Of a DNA stretch of 64,000 bases, positions 1 to 16,520 are shown piece by piece. The translations under genes and the position numbers were made by a program. The stretch is from the human T2T-CHM13v2.0 reference genome, Homo sapiens. Each line of letters begins with the position of its first letter. The first letter of the stretch is position 1. Where the stretch lies: the NCBI RefSeq assembly GCF_009914755.1, contig NC_060934.1, one strand, 5' to 3'. The notes under the pieces were generated by a model. That model worked only from the letters and a program-made list of their open reading frames with translations, was not told where the DNA came from and ran no database searches.

Positions 1-4335
<4,335 letters not shown>

Positions 4336-5059
4336 TTGTTTATTTCCTACCATACATTGTGTTCTCTGCTACCCTGTAGTTTTAAAAAGTTTTTGTTGTT
4401 GTTGTTGTTTCCAAACATTGTGCTTGGTGAGGAGTCAGGGGCTGAGGGTGTATCATATTTATGCTCCACAAACAGTATCCTAGGTCTTCCAGGCAGGATA
4501 TCGTCTGCCATAATCCTGCATGGAGGGGCAGGAAAGACTGAAGATGGCCACATGGTAAAGGAGCCTCCACAAGGGAAAGAAAAAATGAACACCTAAAAGC
4601 AGGATCAGCCCAGGGAGGGAACTGCTCATGAAGTTCTAGAGCCACAGGAGTGAAAAAGGCCCATGTGTCCCCTGATAATCACATAGTTACCTAATTGCAG
4701 AAGACCAGGCTTGCTTTTTTTTTTTTTTTTTTAACCTAAAATGAAGTCAATCTCTATGTGCTAAAGTGAAGTGAAAACTTCCCTCTAGGCACATTCCTAA
4801 GTGATAAGAGCAAGCTGCAGGACGGTATGGCTAGAAAGATCTCATCTGCCAAGAAAACCAAAAAGGAGCAAAAATAGAGACAAATCGTGTGTCTGTGTGT
4901 GTGTCCATACATGATTGTGTGATATATATGTAAATACTCAGAGAAAGGACTAGAAGGAAATACATGAAAATGTTAGCAATAATCATCTCTGGGGAGGGAG
5001 TTTGGATTGGGAAGATGAGTGTGGACAGGGGACATCCTCCTGAGTTATGTGACTCACTT

Positions 5060-5610
5060 GCAGCAGTCAGCAAATGTTTCTGAATATTCACCTACACCAA
5101 CCTCTGTTCTAGATGCTACATCCAGGGTGAACCAGCCCGTGAGGCAGCACCCTCCTGGTGACTGTATTCAGACAGAAGGATTGAATAAATAAATATATAA
5201 ATAAGTAATTCAGGTATGAATAAATGCTGTGTACAGAACTAGAGAGTAACATGATTGGGAATGGTGCGTGGAGCTGGTGAAGTCCTCTCTGAGTAGCTGA
5301 TGATGGTGAGGACGGAACTACAGCGGATTCAGAGCAAGAGCATTCCAGGCAAAGGGATCAGCCAGGGCAGAGGTCCTGAGACAGGAAGGGTTTGCTGTGT
5401 TCAAAAGACAGAAAGAGAAGGGATATGGCCAGCAAGTAGTGAACAGAGAGGAGGTGAAAAAAGAAGGGCACTAAGAGGCAGGTGTGAGACTTATTGGCAT
5501 GCCCGTGGGTCTGGACTGTGTCCTCAGTGAAATGGGAAGGCCCTGGAGAGTCTTAAGGTGGAAGAGGAGAGACATGATCAGGTTCATGCTAAGAGAGACC
5601 ACTCTACTTT
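5060..5610 (-). mobile_element. L2 LINE fragment
   Basis: Degenerate L2 3' region, e.g. AGCATTCCAGGCAAAGGG...GGTCCTGAG and AATGGGAAGGCCCTGGAGAGT...ACATGATCAG. Confidence 0.75.
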
Positions 5611-6707
5611 AAAAGGTTTTTAAATAGAATTTAAGTTTTTCAAAGAAGCAAAATGTTGTACAGGAAACAGTGGCACCATAGCACTCTCCCATCTCAGAGC
5701 CAGTACTAAGGATTTCCAGAAGTCTTTAGCCTTGTTCTCAAACTCTGGATTCCAACTCTCACTGTGCAACCACTTGCACTTAACAGTTATTAGCTAGTTT
5801 GCAAGAATCCAGAGTCTTTGGAAACCCAAGCAGATCATGAGGATGTCAGGTCACATTTCAGAAAGTGGGGAAAAGAAATTCTAATTGATATCCATGAAGC
5901 TGACCTCTGCTCCACATTGACTGATAGGTTGGGCTTTTCCACTGAGATGCAGAATGTGCTTGCAGAGCCTTTGGACGACTGCCACCCCTCCTGACAAACT
6001 CATCTTTTATCTCCTCTGCAAGTGACAGCATCAGAAAAAGAGGATATAAATTATTTAGCTTTAAGTGTTACTCATTTTCAATGTTTAAAATGCTGAAAAG
6101 GCAAATTGCAAATAAGGGATTTTGTGGAATCTCCCGCAGCTCTCCACCAGAGGCTGTGTGGAGGTGGGGCAGAGGAAGGTGTGGTACTCTAGGAGGAGAC
6201 CTGGCCTGCAGGTCCGGTTCTGGCATGGACTCACCTGCAAAACTACAACCTTCTCTGGGCCCCGTTCCCCCATCTTATAACTCAGAGACTAGACAGGATT
6301 CTAACATTGTTAGATGTGAAACTCTGTATTCAAATGAAACTTTATCTAAAGACCAATAAAGGCGAATATAGCAGTGGAGGAGCCCTGACTGGGATTGAGG
6401 AGCAGCTGGGGTCCACATCTCTAGCTCAGTACCCCACACCCCAATACATATCCCAGCCAGGTACCTCTTCTTGGGTGTCTGTGAGTCCTCAAGTTCAGGA
6501 GACTATGACATTTAGAAAAAAAATAAACCTCAGCCTGTACCTCACACCACACATGAAAATTAATTTGAAATGGGCCATAGACTTGAATGTTCAAGTTACA
6601 ACTATAAAACTTATAGAATAAAACACAGGAGAAAATCTTTGTACCTTGGGGTAGGCACCGATTTGTCAGAATGCCAAAACTACTAACCATGAAAGAAAAA
6701 AGAAAAT

Positions 6708-6930
6708 CAGCCTGGGCTACATAGTGAGACCCTATCTCTTATTTAAAAAAAAAAAAAAAAAAGCCAGGCATGGTAGCACACACCTGTAGTCTCAGCTACT
6801 CAGGGGGCTGAGGTTGGAGGAGCTCTTGAGCCCTGGAGGTCAAGGCTACAGTGAGCTGTGATTGCTCCACCGCACTCCAGCCTGGGTGACAGAGCAAATC
6901 CTTGTCTCAAAAAAAAGTAAAAGAAAAAAT
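6708..6930 (+). mobile_element. AluJ, 5'-truncated
   Basis: End of left arm, A-rich linker, right arm with J-type TTGAGCCCTGGAGGTCAAGGCTACAGTGAG, A tail. Confidence 0.92.
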
Positions 6931-7077
6931 AATTGGACTTTGCCAAAATTAAAATCTTGTGCTCCTTGAAAGACACTTATTTAAAAAAAAAACAACAACA
7001 ACAAACAAAAAGAAAAGCCACAGACCAGAAGCAAATATTTGCATTAAATATGTCTAGCAATAGACTTGTACCTGTTA

Positions 7078-7443
7078 CATACGCTTCTTCACTTATGATG
7101 GGGTTACATCCTGACAAATCTATTGTAAGTTGAAAATATTCTAAGTCAAAAATGCATTTAATTCACCCAACCTAGCAAACATCAAAGCTTAGCCTAGCCT
7201 ACTTTCAATGTACTCAGAACACTTACATTAGCCTACAGTTGTGCAGAGTCATCTGACACAAAGCCTATTTTATAGTAAAGTGGTGAATATCTCATGTAAT
7301 TTATTGAATACTGTAGTAAAATTGAGAAACAGAATGGTTGTATGGGTACCCGAAGTATAGTTTCTATTGAATGTGTATCACTTTCACACCATTGTAAAGT
7401 TGAAAAATCACAAGTTGAACCATCATAAGTTGGGGACTGTCTG
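7078..7443 (+). mobile_element. MER47A (TcMar-Tigger non-autonomous DNA transposon), full length
   Basis: CTTATGATGGGGTTACATCC...GCTTAGCCTAGCCTAC...CATAAGTTGGGGACTGTCTG; flanked by TA on both sides. Confidence 0.9.
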
Positions 7444-7939
7444 TATATAAATAACTCTTATAACTCAATATGACAACTCAATTTTGAGAAATGAGGTAAA
7501 GATTTAAATAGACACTTCATAAAGACATACAAATGACAAATAGGCACACAAAGAGATGTTCAACATCTTTAGTCATCAAGGAAATGCAAATTAAAACCAC
7601 AATGAGATACCGTTAGTCACCTATTATAATGGCTTATACTAAAAATGCTGACAATATCAAGTGTTGCTGAAAATACGGAGAAATCTCAACTTTTGTATAT
7701 TGCTGTTGGGAATGTGAAGTAATACAGTTCACTTTGGAATACTGTTTGGCAATTTCTTATAAAGTTAAATATATGTTTACATGTAACCCAGCAAACCCAC
7801 TCCTACAGATTTCTACCCAAAAAGAAATGAAAGCATATGTCCACAAAAAGACTTGTATGAGAATGTTCATAACTGCATGATCACATTGGTGGTACATCCA
7901 TGTAATGGAGAGTAGTACTCAGCAATAGAAAGGAATGAA

Positions 7940-8345
7940 TGGATATTCCAGGCAGAGGGGACATGTGTTCATCAGCCTAGAGGCGAGATAGCACATGGTG
8001 TGCTTGAGGAGCTGCGTGATTGGGGCAGGGCAAGTGGAGAGGAGGTTGGAACCAAATGCCACAGAGCCCTGTGAATCATGCTAATGAGCCTGGATTTGTT
8101 CCAAGGGCAAGAAAAACTGATGCAGCAGATGAACTTAATCAGCTTTGCATTTTAAAAAGACAATTGGATGCTGGCAATAGAATGAACAGTAAAAGGACAA
8201 GAGTAGAAGCTGAGAGACCAAATGGGAGACCAACAAGTGATGATCATGGCTGGGGTCAGGATGGCGATGATGGATAGAACTGGGTGCATTTGGGAGAGCT
8301 TTAAGAGATCACATCAAAAAAATTTAATGAATGACTAGATTTGGA
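7940..8345 (-). mobile_element. L2 LINE fragment
   Basis: ATTCCAGGCAGAGGG...TTTGCATTTTAAAAAGAC...GAAGCTGAGAGACCA match antisense L2 body. Confidence 0.7.
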
Positions 8346-8589
8346 GAAATTATTCTACTCATCCCTATTAAATTTCATCTTCTTAGTTTCCACCCTTCAT
8401 TTTAGATTCTGTCACTCAGGCCATAAGCAATTCCTTACAAATATGATTAGTGTCTATGTGTGTCATCTGAGCCATTGCTACAAATATGGAAACAAGATAA
8501 GATGCATTAAGGGACAAGAGACTCCCCTACCCATTTCCAGGTTGACTTGGAGCAATGCTTTTCACTCTACCAGCTATGAATATACCTAG

Positions 8590-8750
8590 CCCATGTTTTT
8601 CCACCCTCCCCACAAGGATATCATAAGACCTGGCCAAATGCCTCGTGGGCATCCAGATACCCTATTTCAATGGCATTCCTCTGAACTGCTGCTTTGGTAA
8701 GTATATCAGAAAAGGAAGAAGGCTAACATGACCCACCCTTCTGCAAACTG
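8590..8750 (-). mobile_element. CR1/L3 LINE RT-region fragment
   Basis: CCACAAGGATATCAT...CAAATGCC...ATCCAGATAC...GCATTCC...ATCAGAAAAGGAA resembles recalled antisense L3/CR1 consensus. Confidence 0.6.
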
Positions 8751-9789
8751 TCCTAGGGATCTCAATAGCCTTGCTTATGGTCCTTGCTCATTGCTGCCCA
8801 CCAGTGGCAGAGCTGGTCCCATACACAGGATGCTGCGCACTACCCACTCCTGGCCCTTCTCCAGCAGCTGTAGGACTGGGTAACAGGTCTAGCAGGGCTA
8901 GCCTTTGGCCCTCCTAAGCAATGTGTTACAAACTCAGGTGAATAATTATGTCTGGCATGCTTCTCGTGGAAGAGAAAAAGAAACAGCAAATATCCTCTTG
9001 ACATCTTTTTTTTTTAACATCCTATATGATGCCCATATGAGAATTAATATCTTTGAGCACCAAATCCACAGAAGGTAGATGTCTGGAACAAAATCTGCCT
9101 TGCCTTCCAGCTATGCCACCCCACAGGTTATGATTTAAGCATCCATAACACCAATACAGCTTCAGCTTGTGGTCTCTTCAGCTCTTACACATTTTCGGTG
9201 TCTTCCTCTATCAGATCTGTAATTAAGCTACTCTTGGAGTACACCGTTTCACTTGCAGTTGGTGTGTGAGCTGCTCTTTAGGAAGGAAGCAATCATCAAC
9301 TCACGGGTAAGCTTATTCAGTGGTGGCATTTCTAAGCTGATTTAAGCAGTCTGTCAAAACTGAGGGAAATTAATGAGTTTACTAGGGAATATTCCCATCT
9401 CTGGCATTGGGGTAAGGAGGGGAAAGGAATGGATGAAAACTAGGGAGTCAGGCTGACTGTGCTTTTTTCTTTCCTTTTTTCGTCCTTCTTTCCTACCTTC
9501 CAATTAAATAATGAAGGCTTAGCTGCTTCTTGATGATCTATAATTCAGCTTTGCTCTATATTCAAAACAAATCTTCACATGTACATGTTGGCAAACTTCT
9601 CATTGCTATTTTGTTGACAATAACAGAGAAACTTGAGGATATTTCTGTTGGAGACACCAGGCTTCAGCATCAGCCCGTCTGACATTTCCCAGATCTTGGC
9701 TTTTTCAGGCAAGGTCTCCTCTGCACACCAAGTAGACCTCTCTTTGCACTACAGAGATAAGAATGCCAGGCCTCATTGGGTTCCACTCC

Positions 9790-10077
9790 TTTTTTTTTTT
9801 TTTTTTTTTGAGACGGAGTTTCGCTCTGTCACCCAGGCTGGAGTGCAGTGGCGGGGATCTCAGCTTACTGCAAGCTTCGCCTCCCGGGTTCACGCCATTC
9901 TCCTGCCTCAGCCTTCCGAGTAGCTGGGACTACAGGCGCCTGCCACTGCGCCCGGCTAATTTTTTGTATTTTTTTTTTCTTTTTTTTAAGTAGAGATGGG
10001 GTTTCACCGTGTTAGCCAGGATGGTCTCAATCTCCTGACCTCGTGATCCACCTGCCTCGGCCTCCCAAAGTGCTGGA
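9790..10077 (-). mobile_element. AluY, slightly 5'-truncated
   Basis: Poly-T, Y-type CTGCAAGCT...CACGCCATTCTCC and CACCGTGTTAGCCAGGATGG; TSD TTCCACTC at 9781 and 10078. Confidence 0.95.
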
Positions 10078-10687
10078 TTCCACTCTTAAAGACAAGGCTG
10101 GGATCAGCTCCAGGAGCCATTCAATTGATGGAAAGGCAGAGCATTAGGAAGGATCGGAAGACAGAGGCTGCATGGGGCCCCATGCATCCTCAGAGATGTG
10201 AGGGCTGATCGCCACCCTCTGGCTGCCCCTAAGCTTGGTAGAGTTTTAGGTGCTTCATTTATAGCTGCCTACACAATTAAAGGTGGATTAGAAACCTGGT
10301 AATAGGGGATTAGGGCACTAATCCCCTTCCAATTGTTAATATTAATTAAAGTGCTTTTTTCTCTTATTATTTAACAAACACTAACTACTTCATTAAAAAG
10401 AGGAAAGAGAGAATATAGTTTGGTAGGGTAATATCTGGATTACTTTTTCCATCCAGGAAAGCACTGGTGCGTTTTCACTTCCAGAGCATAAACTGTAATA
10501 AATGTGAAACACAAAAAGGAAGAAGAGAGTATCTTTTGCTTTCCACCAATTAATCAGTCAGAAAGTGTTTCAATTTTAAGATGTAAATGTCTATCTTTTC
10601 CCCCAACAATTTTCTTATTGGCCACTGTAGTCCAATTATTTCGATTAAAGCAGAGAGGGCTCAGTTAATGAGAAGCAGGTTTCCACA

Positions 10688-10813
10688 GTGTGTGTGTGCA
10701 TGCTTGTGTGCGTGCATGCGTGTGCACGCAGGTGTGTGCATCGCATGTGTGTGCACAAGTGTGTGCGTATCGCATGTGTGTGCACACGTGTGTGTGCATC
10801 GCATGTGTGTGCA
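10688..10813. repeat. (TG)/(TGCA)-rich repeat with 29-bp periodicity
   Basis: ATCGCATGTGTGTGCA at 10740, 10769 and 10798. Confidence 0.9.
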
Positions 10814-11314
10814 GGCAGGTGACTTTCCTTACGGTCCAGACGGCCAGCAGGAAGTCAGCTCACCGGCGTTGGCATGCGGAGTGCAGACTGCCAAAGCTGT
10901 GCAGGTTTGGCCGTCCCTGGGAGACGCTACAGAAAATCTCCAGGGCAATATTATTATCTTCTCTTGTGGCCATTGGATGAAAACAGTCACTGAGCCCTGT
11001 TGTGTGCAGAAACCTGTGCCTGCCATGTGCAGGGAGGAGATATGAGAAACAAAAGCCAGATGTGGTGAGGACCTCATGGGCGCACACATGACAACCAAAG
11101 CCAATCAAATGCAAATGAGCAAAAGCCAACTGCCTGCAGAGAGTCAGGAGACACCAAGCAGGGATGAGAAACCCCCTCACCCCAGCTTGGGAAAATCCAT
11201 CTCATTAATGCTCTGAATTTAAAAGTAAACAGAAGATATCTACGTCCTCCTCTGTGCTCAAACCAGAAAATTGATACGATGTATTACAGTCCCAGCTACA
11301 CATAAAAGACTGAA

Positions 11315-11368
11315 TGTGTGTGTGTGTTTCTTAGGCGTGTGTGTGTGTGCATGTGTATGTGTGTGTGT
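11315..11368. repeat. Interrupted (TG)n microsatellite
   Basis: Two TG runs seen directly. Confidence 0.85.
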
Positions 11369-11409
11369 TTCCTCAGGCATCTGTTTAAATGCAGTATCTT
11401 ACCTTAATT

Positions 11410-12088
11410 GAGGGACACTGAGGATCCAGGAATCCCTCTTCTGGGTCTTACCCAAAAGGAGATGAAATAACCGCCTTGTAAAGGTATCCACACTCTCCAG
11501 TCCCTGGCAGTACTATTTACAGTAGCCAAGATATGGAAACAGCCCAAATGTCCATTGACAGATGAATGGATCAAGAAAATATGGCATCTGTACTGTGTAT
11601 ACAATGGAGTATTATTCAGCCTTTAAAAAGAAGGATATTGTGTCATTTGCTACAACACAGACAGGCTTGGAGGACATCATGCTAAGTGAAATAAAGCCCA
11701 CACAGAAAGAAAAATACTGCTTATCTCACTTAGATGTGGAATTTTTTTAAAGGTCAAATGTACAGAGATAGAACAGAAAGCCCCCGGGTCACCAGGGGTA
11801 GGGGCTGAGGGTGGGGAGATGTAGGTTAAAGGATACAAACCAGCACATGTGTGGGATGAACAAGGCCAGAGATCAAATGTACAACATGAGGACTCTAGGT
11901 AATCAAATGTATTTGAAATTGTTCCTAAATAAGTAGATTGTAACTGCTCTTGCCCCCAAAAAGTAACTATGTGTATGGTAAATATGTTAATTTACTTAAC
12001 TATAGAAGCCATTTTAGTATCTATGTGTCTCCCATGACATCATGTTATAAATCTCAAATATACACAATAACATTTATTTTTTTAAAAA
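11410..12088 (+). mobile_element. L1MA (approx. MA5/MA6) 3' end
   Basis: ORF2 C-terminal remnant (MEYYSAFKKKDIVSFATT) followed by L1MA-type 3'UTR ending TATACACAATAACATTTATT. Confidence 0.88.
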
Positions 12089-13544
12089 GGTGACACAGGG
12101 ACTGTGCTTTACTTACCTTCACTTTCCCCAAAGCATCTTATATGAACTTGACCTCAAACAAGCCATATTTCTAGTTTCTTGCCATTTTGGTACATTTATA
12201 TACACCAATTATTTGATTGATACAGCTTTTTAAATATTTAAATAGTATAAAGTGATTTTTCTAATTATACCCTAGAATTCAGAGGCTGACTAAAGTTTCA
12301 TGCTCCAAGGTTCCTACCACACAAACTCTTTCCTGGACCCAGAATAACCAGCAAGTAGCCCTCCTAAAGAATAGCGGGGACCCCGCCAAAGCCACTGAGG
12401 CCTGGATGCCGGTGGAGGGAGAGGCTTGCCTGTCATTGCCCTGGGGCGTGCCCTGCCTGTGCTTGCCCACTTGCCTCCAGGGAGCAGGAAAACCCCCTAA
12501 GACATTCTTATACGCTAACCTCGCTCTCGTTTATAGCTAGTCTCAGATCTAAATGCTGCGACTGTCCTAAAGATGAATAAACAGCATGCAAGTACCCTAC
12601 GTTAGGAAAAGCAGGGGATGGTCCAACAGCCATCTTTCACGTTGCTATGTAAACGTTCGCTTCAAAGCTGGCCCCTCTTACATGAGCGCACAGTCTGTCC
12701 CTCCCAATGAGGCCCACAGATCCAGCTCCAGGAAAACTGTCCTCTCAATTGCTGGTATTTAAGGACAAGCCCTTCTGATGAATCACATCTCTAAGCGAGC
12801 TATTATACTGTAATCCTAATCACCTCTTCCTAAGCTTTGAGCTACAATAGGGTTGCTGGATGCACTGAACACCCGTCTTGACAAATAAGCAGCTATGAGT
12901 AAAATCATGATAATAGTAATGAAAGCTACTGTTTAGCCAGAAGTTTCTCTGACCTGGGCCTCTAGCTTACTTGGAATATAATATCTCATGCCTATACAGT
13001 GAGGTAGGTACTTGCTGAGATATAGCAAGGGTAAGAAACCCTCCAAGATGACCTAGGTGTGAAGGGACTTGGTATCAATCATAACAGGGTGGTTCCACTG
13101 TGGAACTCCTGACCCTGAATATTCCCTGGTGGGCACACAGCCTGGGCTCAGGAGCACACAACCCTTTAAAGGTGGGAGCAGCACCTGTTTACACTCAGAG
13201 CAGGGCCATTTTCCTGGTTTGGACAGAGCCCATAACCACACGAGTGCTTTGAATATGATCTGTAAGCTCATTTGCTCTGATAGTAGAGGCAATTTAACCC
13301 CTCAAAAAGCAAGATGGGTCTTATAAGGGATGCTGTATCATAGTGTCATTGGCAGGGTTTTGGGCTTTTTTTTTTTTTTTTGGTCTTTCTGAGCTCTGCA
13401 TAAAATAATGGAGAATCTTACAATCAGTGGGTCTTGGATTCCATGAAATGTGGTCATGTCTATTCATCCTCTTGTTGAAATACATTCCAAAGGGCAGTTT
13501 TCAAAAATCAGAATATGAGTAATGCAGCACCTGCAGATTGGCAA

Positions 13545-13672
13545 CTCGGAGAGAGGGACAGAGTTGGGGAGAAGGGAGAGAGAGAGAGAGACAGAGTGAG
13601 AGAGACAGACAGAGGGAAGCAGAGAGAAGGAGGGAGGAGAGAGGGAGTGGACAGGTGCGGTGGGGGAGGGGA
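13545..13672. repeat. GA-rich low-complexity tract with (GA)n
   Basis: GAGAGAGAGAGAGAGACAGAGTGAGAGAGACAG and G/A-only runs. Confidence 0.85.
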
Positions 13673-13743
13673 TGATGCCTTGCATTAGTCACATTTGGAC
13701 ATCAGAAGAGAGTTCCAGTCTGGAGGTGGAGCTGGAAGTCATC

Positions 13744-14114
13744 TGTATTAGTCCGTTCTCACGCTGCTAATAAAGACACATCTGAGATGAGGTACTTTAT
13801 AGTAAGAGGTTTAATTGACTCACAACCCCTTAGGGCTGGGGAGGCCTCAGGAAACTTACAATCATGGCAGAAGGCGAAGCAAACATGTCCTTCTTCACGT
13901 GGCGGCATCAAGGAGAAGTGCTGAGCAAAAGCGGGAAAAGCCCCTTATAAAACCATCAGACCTTGTGAGAACTCACTATCACAAGAAGAGCAGCATGGGG
14001 GTAACCGCCCCCATGATTCAATTACCTCCCACCAGGTCCCTCCCATAACATGTGGGGATTATGGGAATTACAATTCAAGATGAGATTTGGTGGGGACACA
14101 GCCAAACCATATCA
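13744..14114 (-). mobile_element. THE1 (THE1C-like) MaLR solo LTR
   Basis: TGTATTAGTCCGTTCTCACGCTGCTAATAAAGAC...GGGGACACAGCCAAACCATATCA; imperfect 5-bp TSD TCATC/TCATG. Confidence 0.95.
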
Positions 14115-14149
14115 TCATGCATGTCATCCGATGTTGTGGATAAAACAAT

Positions 14150-14345
14150 ATACCTGAGTTTCACCCCTGGCTGCCCTGATTGCTAGCTGTGTGAACTTAG
14201 GTGAGCTGCTGAAGCCCTCTGTGCCTCAGTTTCCTTAACTGTAAAAGGGCCCTAAGAGTTGTGCCTGCCTCCCAGGTTGATGTGAAGGCGAAGTGTGATA
14301 ATTCATATAAGGTGCTGAAAACAGCTCCTGGCCCTCAGTTCTTAG
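14150..14345 (+). mobile_element. MIR SINE
   Basis: Core GCTGTGTGAACTTAGG...CTCTGTGCCTCAGTTTCCTTAACTGTAAAA. Confidence 0.85.
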
Positions 14346-16476
14346 GTGATAGGGAACCTCTGTCTATGAAAGGGTTCTTATATACCTCCCAGGCCGAAAA
14401 GGCCTCACAGTGGTGTGGTTGAATCAATACAAACATTAGAATGGGGGAAGCATCTGCTGCGTGACAAGACGAGCCATATGCAGAGGGAGGAGCCCATCAA
14501 GGCCAGCTTGACAGGAGATTGCTTCACCGCAAATCCAGAGGCCCTCCCCTTCGACTCAAAGGTTGCAAAGAGGTACTCAAGCTCGTCAAAAGTGGCTGAG
14601 CTCGAAGCCTGGAGTTGAAATTAGGTGGGACAAGCTTGAGCGGAAGGGATGGTTGTGTTCACTGAACCCAAAGTGTGGCTTTTCCTGCATGCAGTTCCTG
14701 CCCGGAGGCTTCCCTTCCACCCACCTTGACAGGATGATTCCCGCATCAAGGCTGGGCTCCATCCAGAAACACAGATTCGGAGAAGCCATCTGACCTCTCG
14801 GCCTTGCTCGGGTAGCAGTCTGTCCTGGTCTTCTGCCGGACTCATTCTCAGTCCCTGAGTAAAACTGAGCCCAGGGGAAACCAGCATCACCTGGGCATCA
14901 CCCAGAAGCCCTCACAAAGCAACAACCATCACCAAAAAAATGCCTGCAGGTAATTTATTTTGCCTGAATTGTTTGGCTATCTTGATTCCTCATTTTCTTT
15001 CTCAGACTTGATCCTCAGTTGAAAGAAAAAAAATACACCATATATATGCACTTTTTTAAAAGGTAGAGAGAAATTGCTTTAGCAAAAAGTCCTCAGCCTT
15101 CAGGGAGAAGCTCAGCTCTGCTATTCAAGGCAGGAAAGATAATCTGTAAGACACAGAAATGCAAATGTGGACGTGGTCTCTTCCCCTCTCGCCAGACCCC
15201 CAGCAAAGTTAATTTGGGGATTCTTTCCCCCTCAGGAGCCATAGAGTGAGACAATTTGTTTTTACCACATCTCTCCACATCCAAAGGGTCAGAAAGGCTG
15301 AGATTCTGATAAGAAACACAGATGTCACTGAGGTAACAATTTAGCTACACTTCTCTGCAAGTTCCACCAAGCTTGAATTTCTTTAGCTACATGGATCCAT
15401 TTTAATAAGAGCTGACAATTTAATCAGGTAAGATAAGGCCCATTTTCATAATAGGGCACAAGAGGTATATGCATATCCATTTTTCCATTAATGGATCTTG
15501 GGATTTGGTCATGTAGTCCCTGCATAAAATGTAGACATTTCACTCCACCATGCTCTTTTGATCCCGTGCCACCCCAGGAAAGCTCAGAAAAGAAAAGCCA
15601 AAACTAGCCACAGAAGATACATGGTAATGAAATGGATTGCACACATTCAAAGAACTCGATTTTCAAATGAATGTTACTTCATGTCTTCAGTCACACTAAT
15701 CATTTAATGGCCATTTTAACCTTACAACTAAGAAATAAAAACTTTATTCTGAAAAATGGCTTCATATTTATTCTAAGTAGAGCCAGAATTTGGGCCAGCA
15801 AGTCATGAATATGAATGACCGTAAATGCCCTCAGAGGGGCGTGTGCTTTGGTGCGCCAAGCCAAAGGAAAGATGGAAGCAGGAAGGGATTTCTCTGACTC
15901 CAGCGCTCTCCTCTCCCGACCCCAATGCAAGCACAGGGCCCTCGTCTGAGATGCACAGCTACAGGCCTGTGGGGAGCAGGCAGGGGCCAAAGCCCTGCCA
16001 GGTGCAAAAGGAGACTTAGTTTCCCTCTGGGGCTTGTTGTGGAGGACCCTGGAGAGGTCCCTCTACTCCTGCAGGACAACTGCTCCTTGGAGAGGCCCCT
16101 GCGCCCCTGCATGGGAAGAGCCTGTGGAAGTGGTCCTGGCAAGACATCCAGGAGAGGAGAAAAGATGTGTTGAATCCTCGCAGCTCCTAGCCCCTAGCTC
16201 TGCAGAGAATGTGGATCCAGCCTTTTTAGCCAAGGAGAAAAGGAGGTTCCAAGGTCTCCCGCTGGTGCCGTGAAGATAACTGCACTGAGAGATGGAGCCT
16301 GCCAGGCTGCCTGCCAGGTGTGGCATTGCTGCCTCCAGAACCCACCTGGACTCTAGCAATGACTAGAGCTTAGGATTAGGGAACTCAACAGCCCAAGAGT
16401 GGAGGAACAACCAGAGACCTGGAAAAGGCATGTCATGACATGGAACTGCTAAAAGATACAAAGGAAAACCTAAAAA

Positions 16477-16520
16477 TACATACATGCATACATACATACA
16501 TACATACATACATACATACA
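16477..16520. repeat. (TACA)11 tetranucleotide microsatellite, one variant unit
   Basis: Seen directly. Confidence 0.95.

Larger units (their letters stand above)
6510..7940 (+). mobile_element. Old L1M (L1MD/ME-like) ORF2 3' fragment interrupted by an AluJ and MER47A
   Basis: L1 motifs CCTCACACCACACATGAAAATTAA and GAAATGCAAATTAAAACCACAATGAGATAC, collinear across the two insertions. Confidence 0.85.

Noticed and set aside
9633-9993. ORFs reading LSPRLECSG or AGVQWR (also near 18753, 22618, 23810, 34685, 36513, 37576, 52947)
   Set aside because: Standard Alu translation artefacts
10587-11045. 152-aa Cys/Val/His-rich ORF resembling a metal-binding protein
   Set aside because: Composition comes from translating the TG/TGCA repeat
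12112-12200. Consensus minus-strand donor AAG|GTAAGT
   Set aside because: Stops in all three upstream frames and no clear acceptor
16426-16445. 14-bp palindrome CATGTCATGACATG resembling a p53 response element
   Set aside because: Second half-site has four mismatches to RRRCWWGYYY
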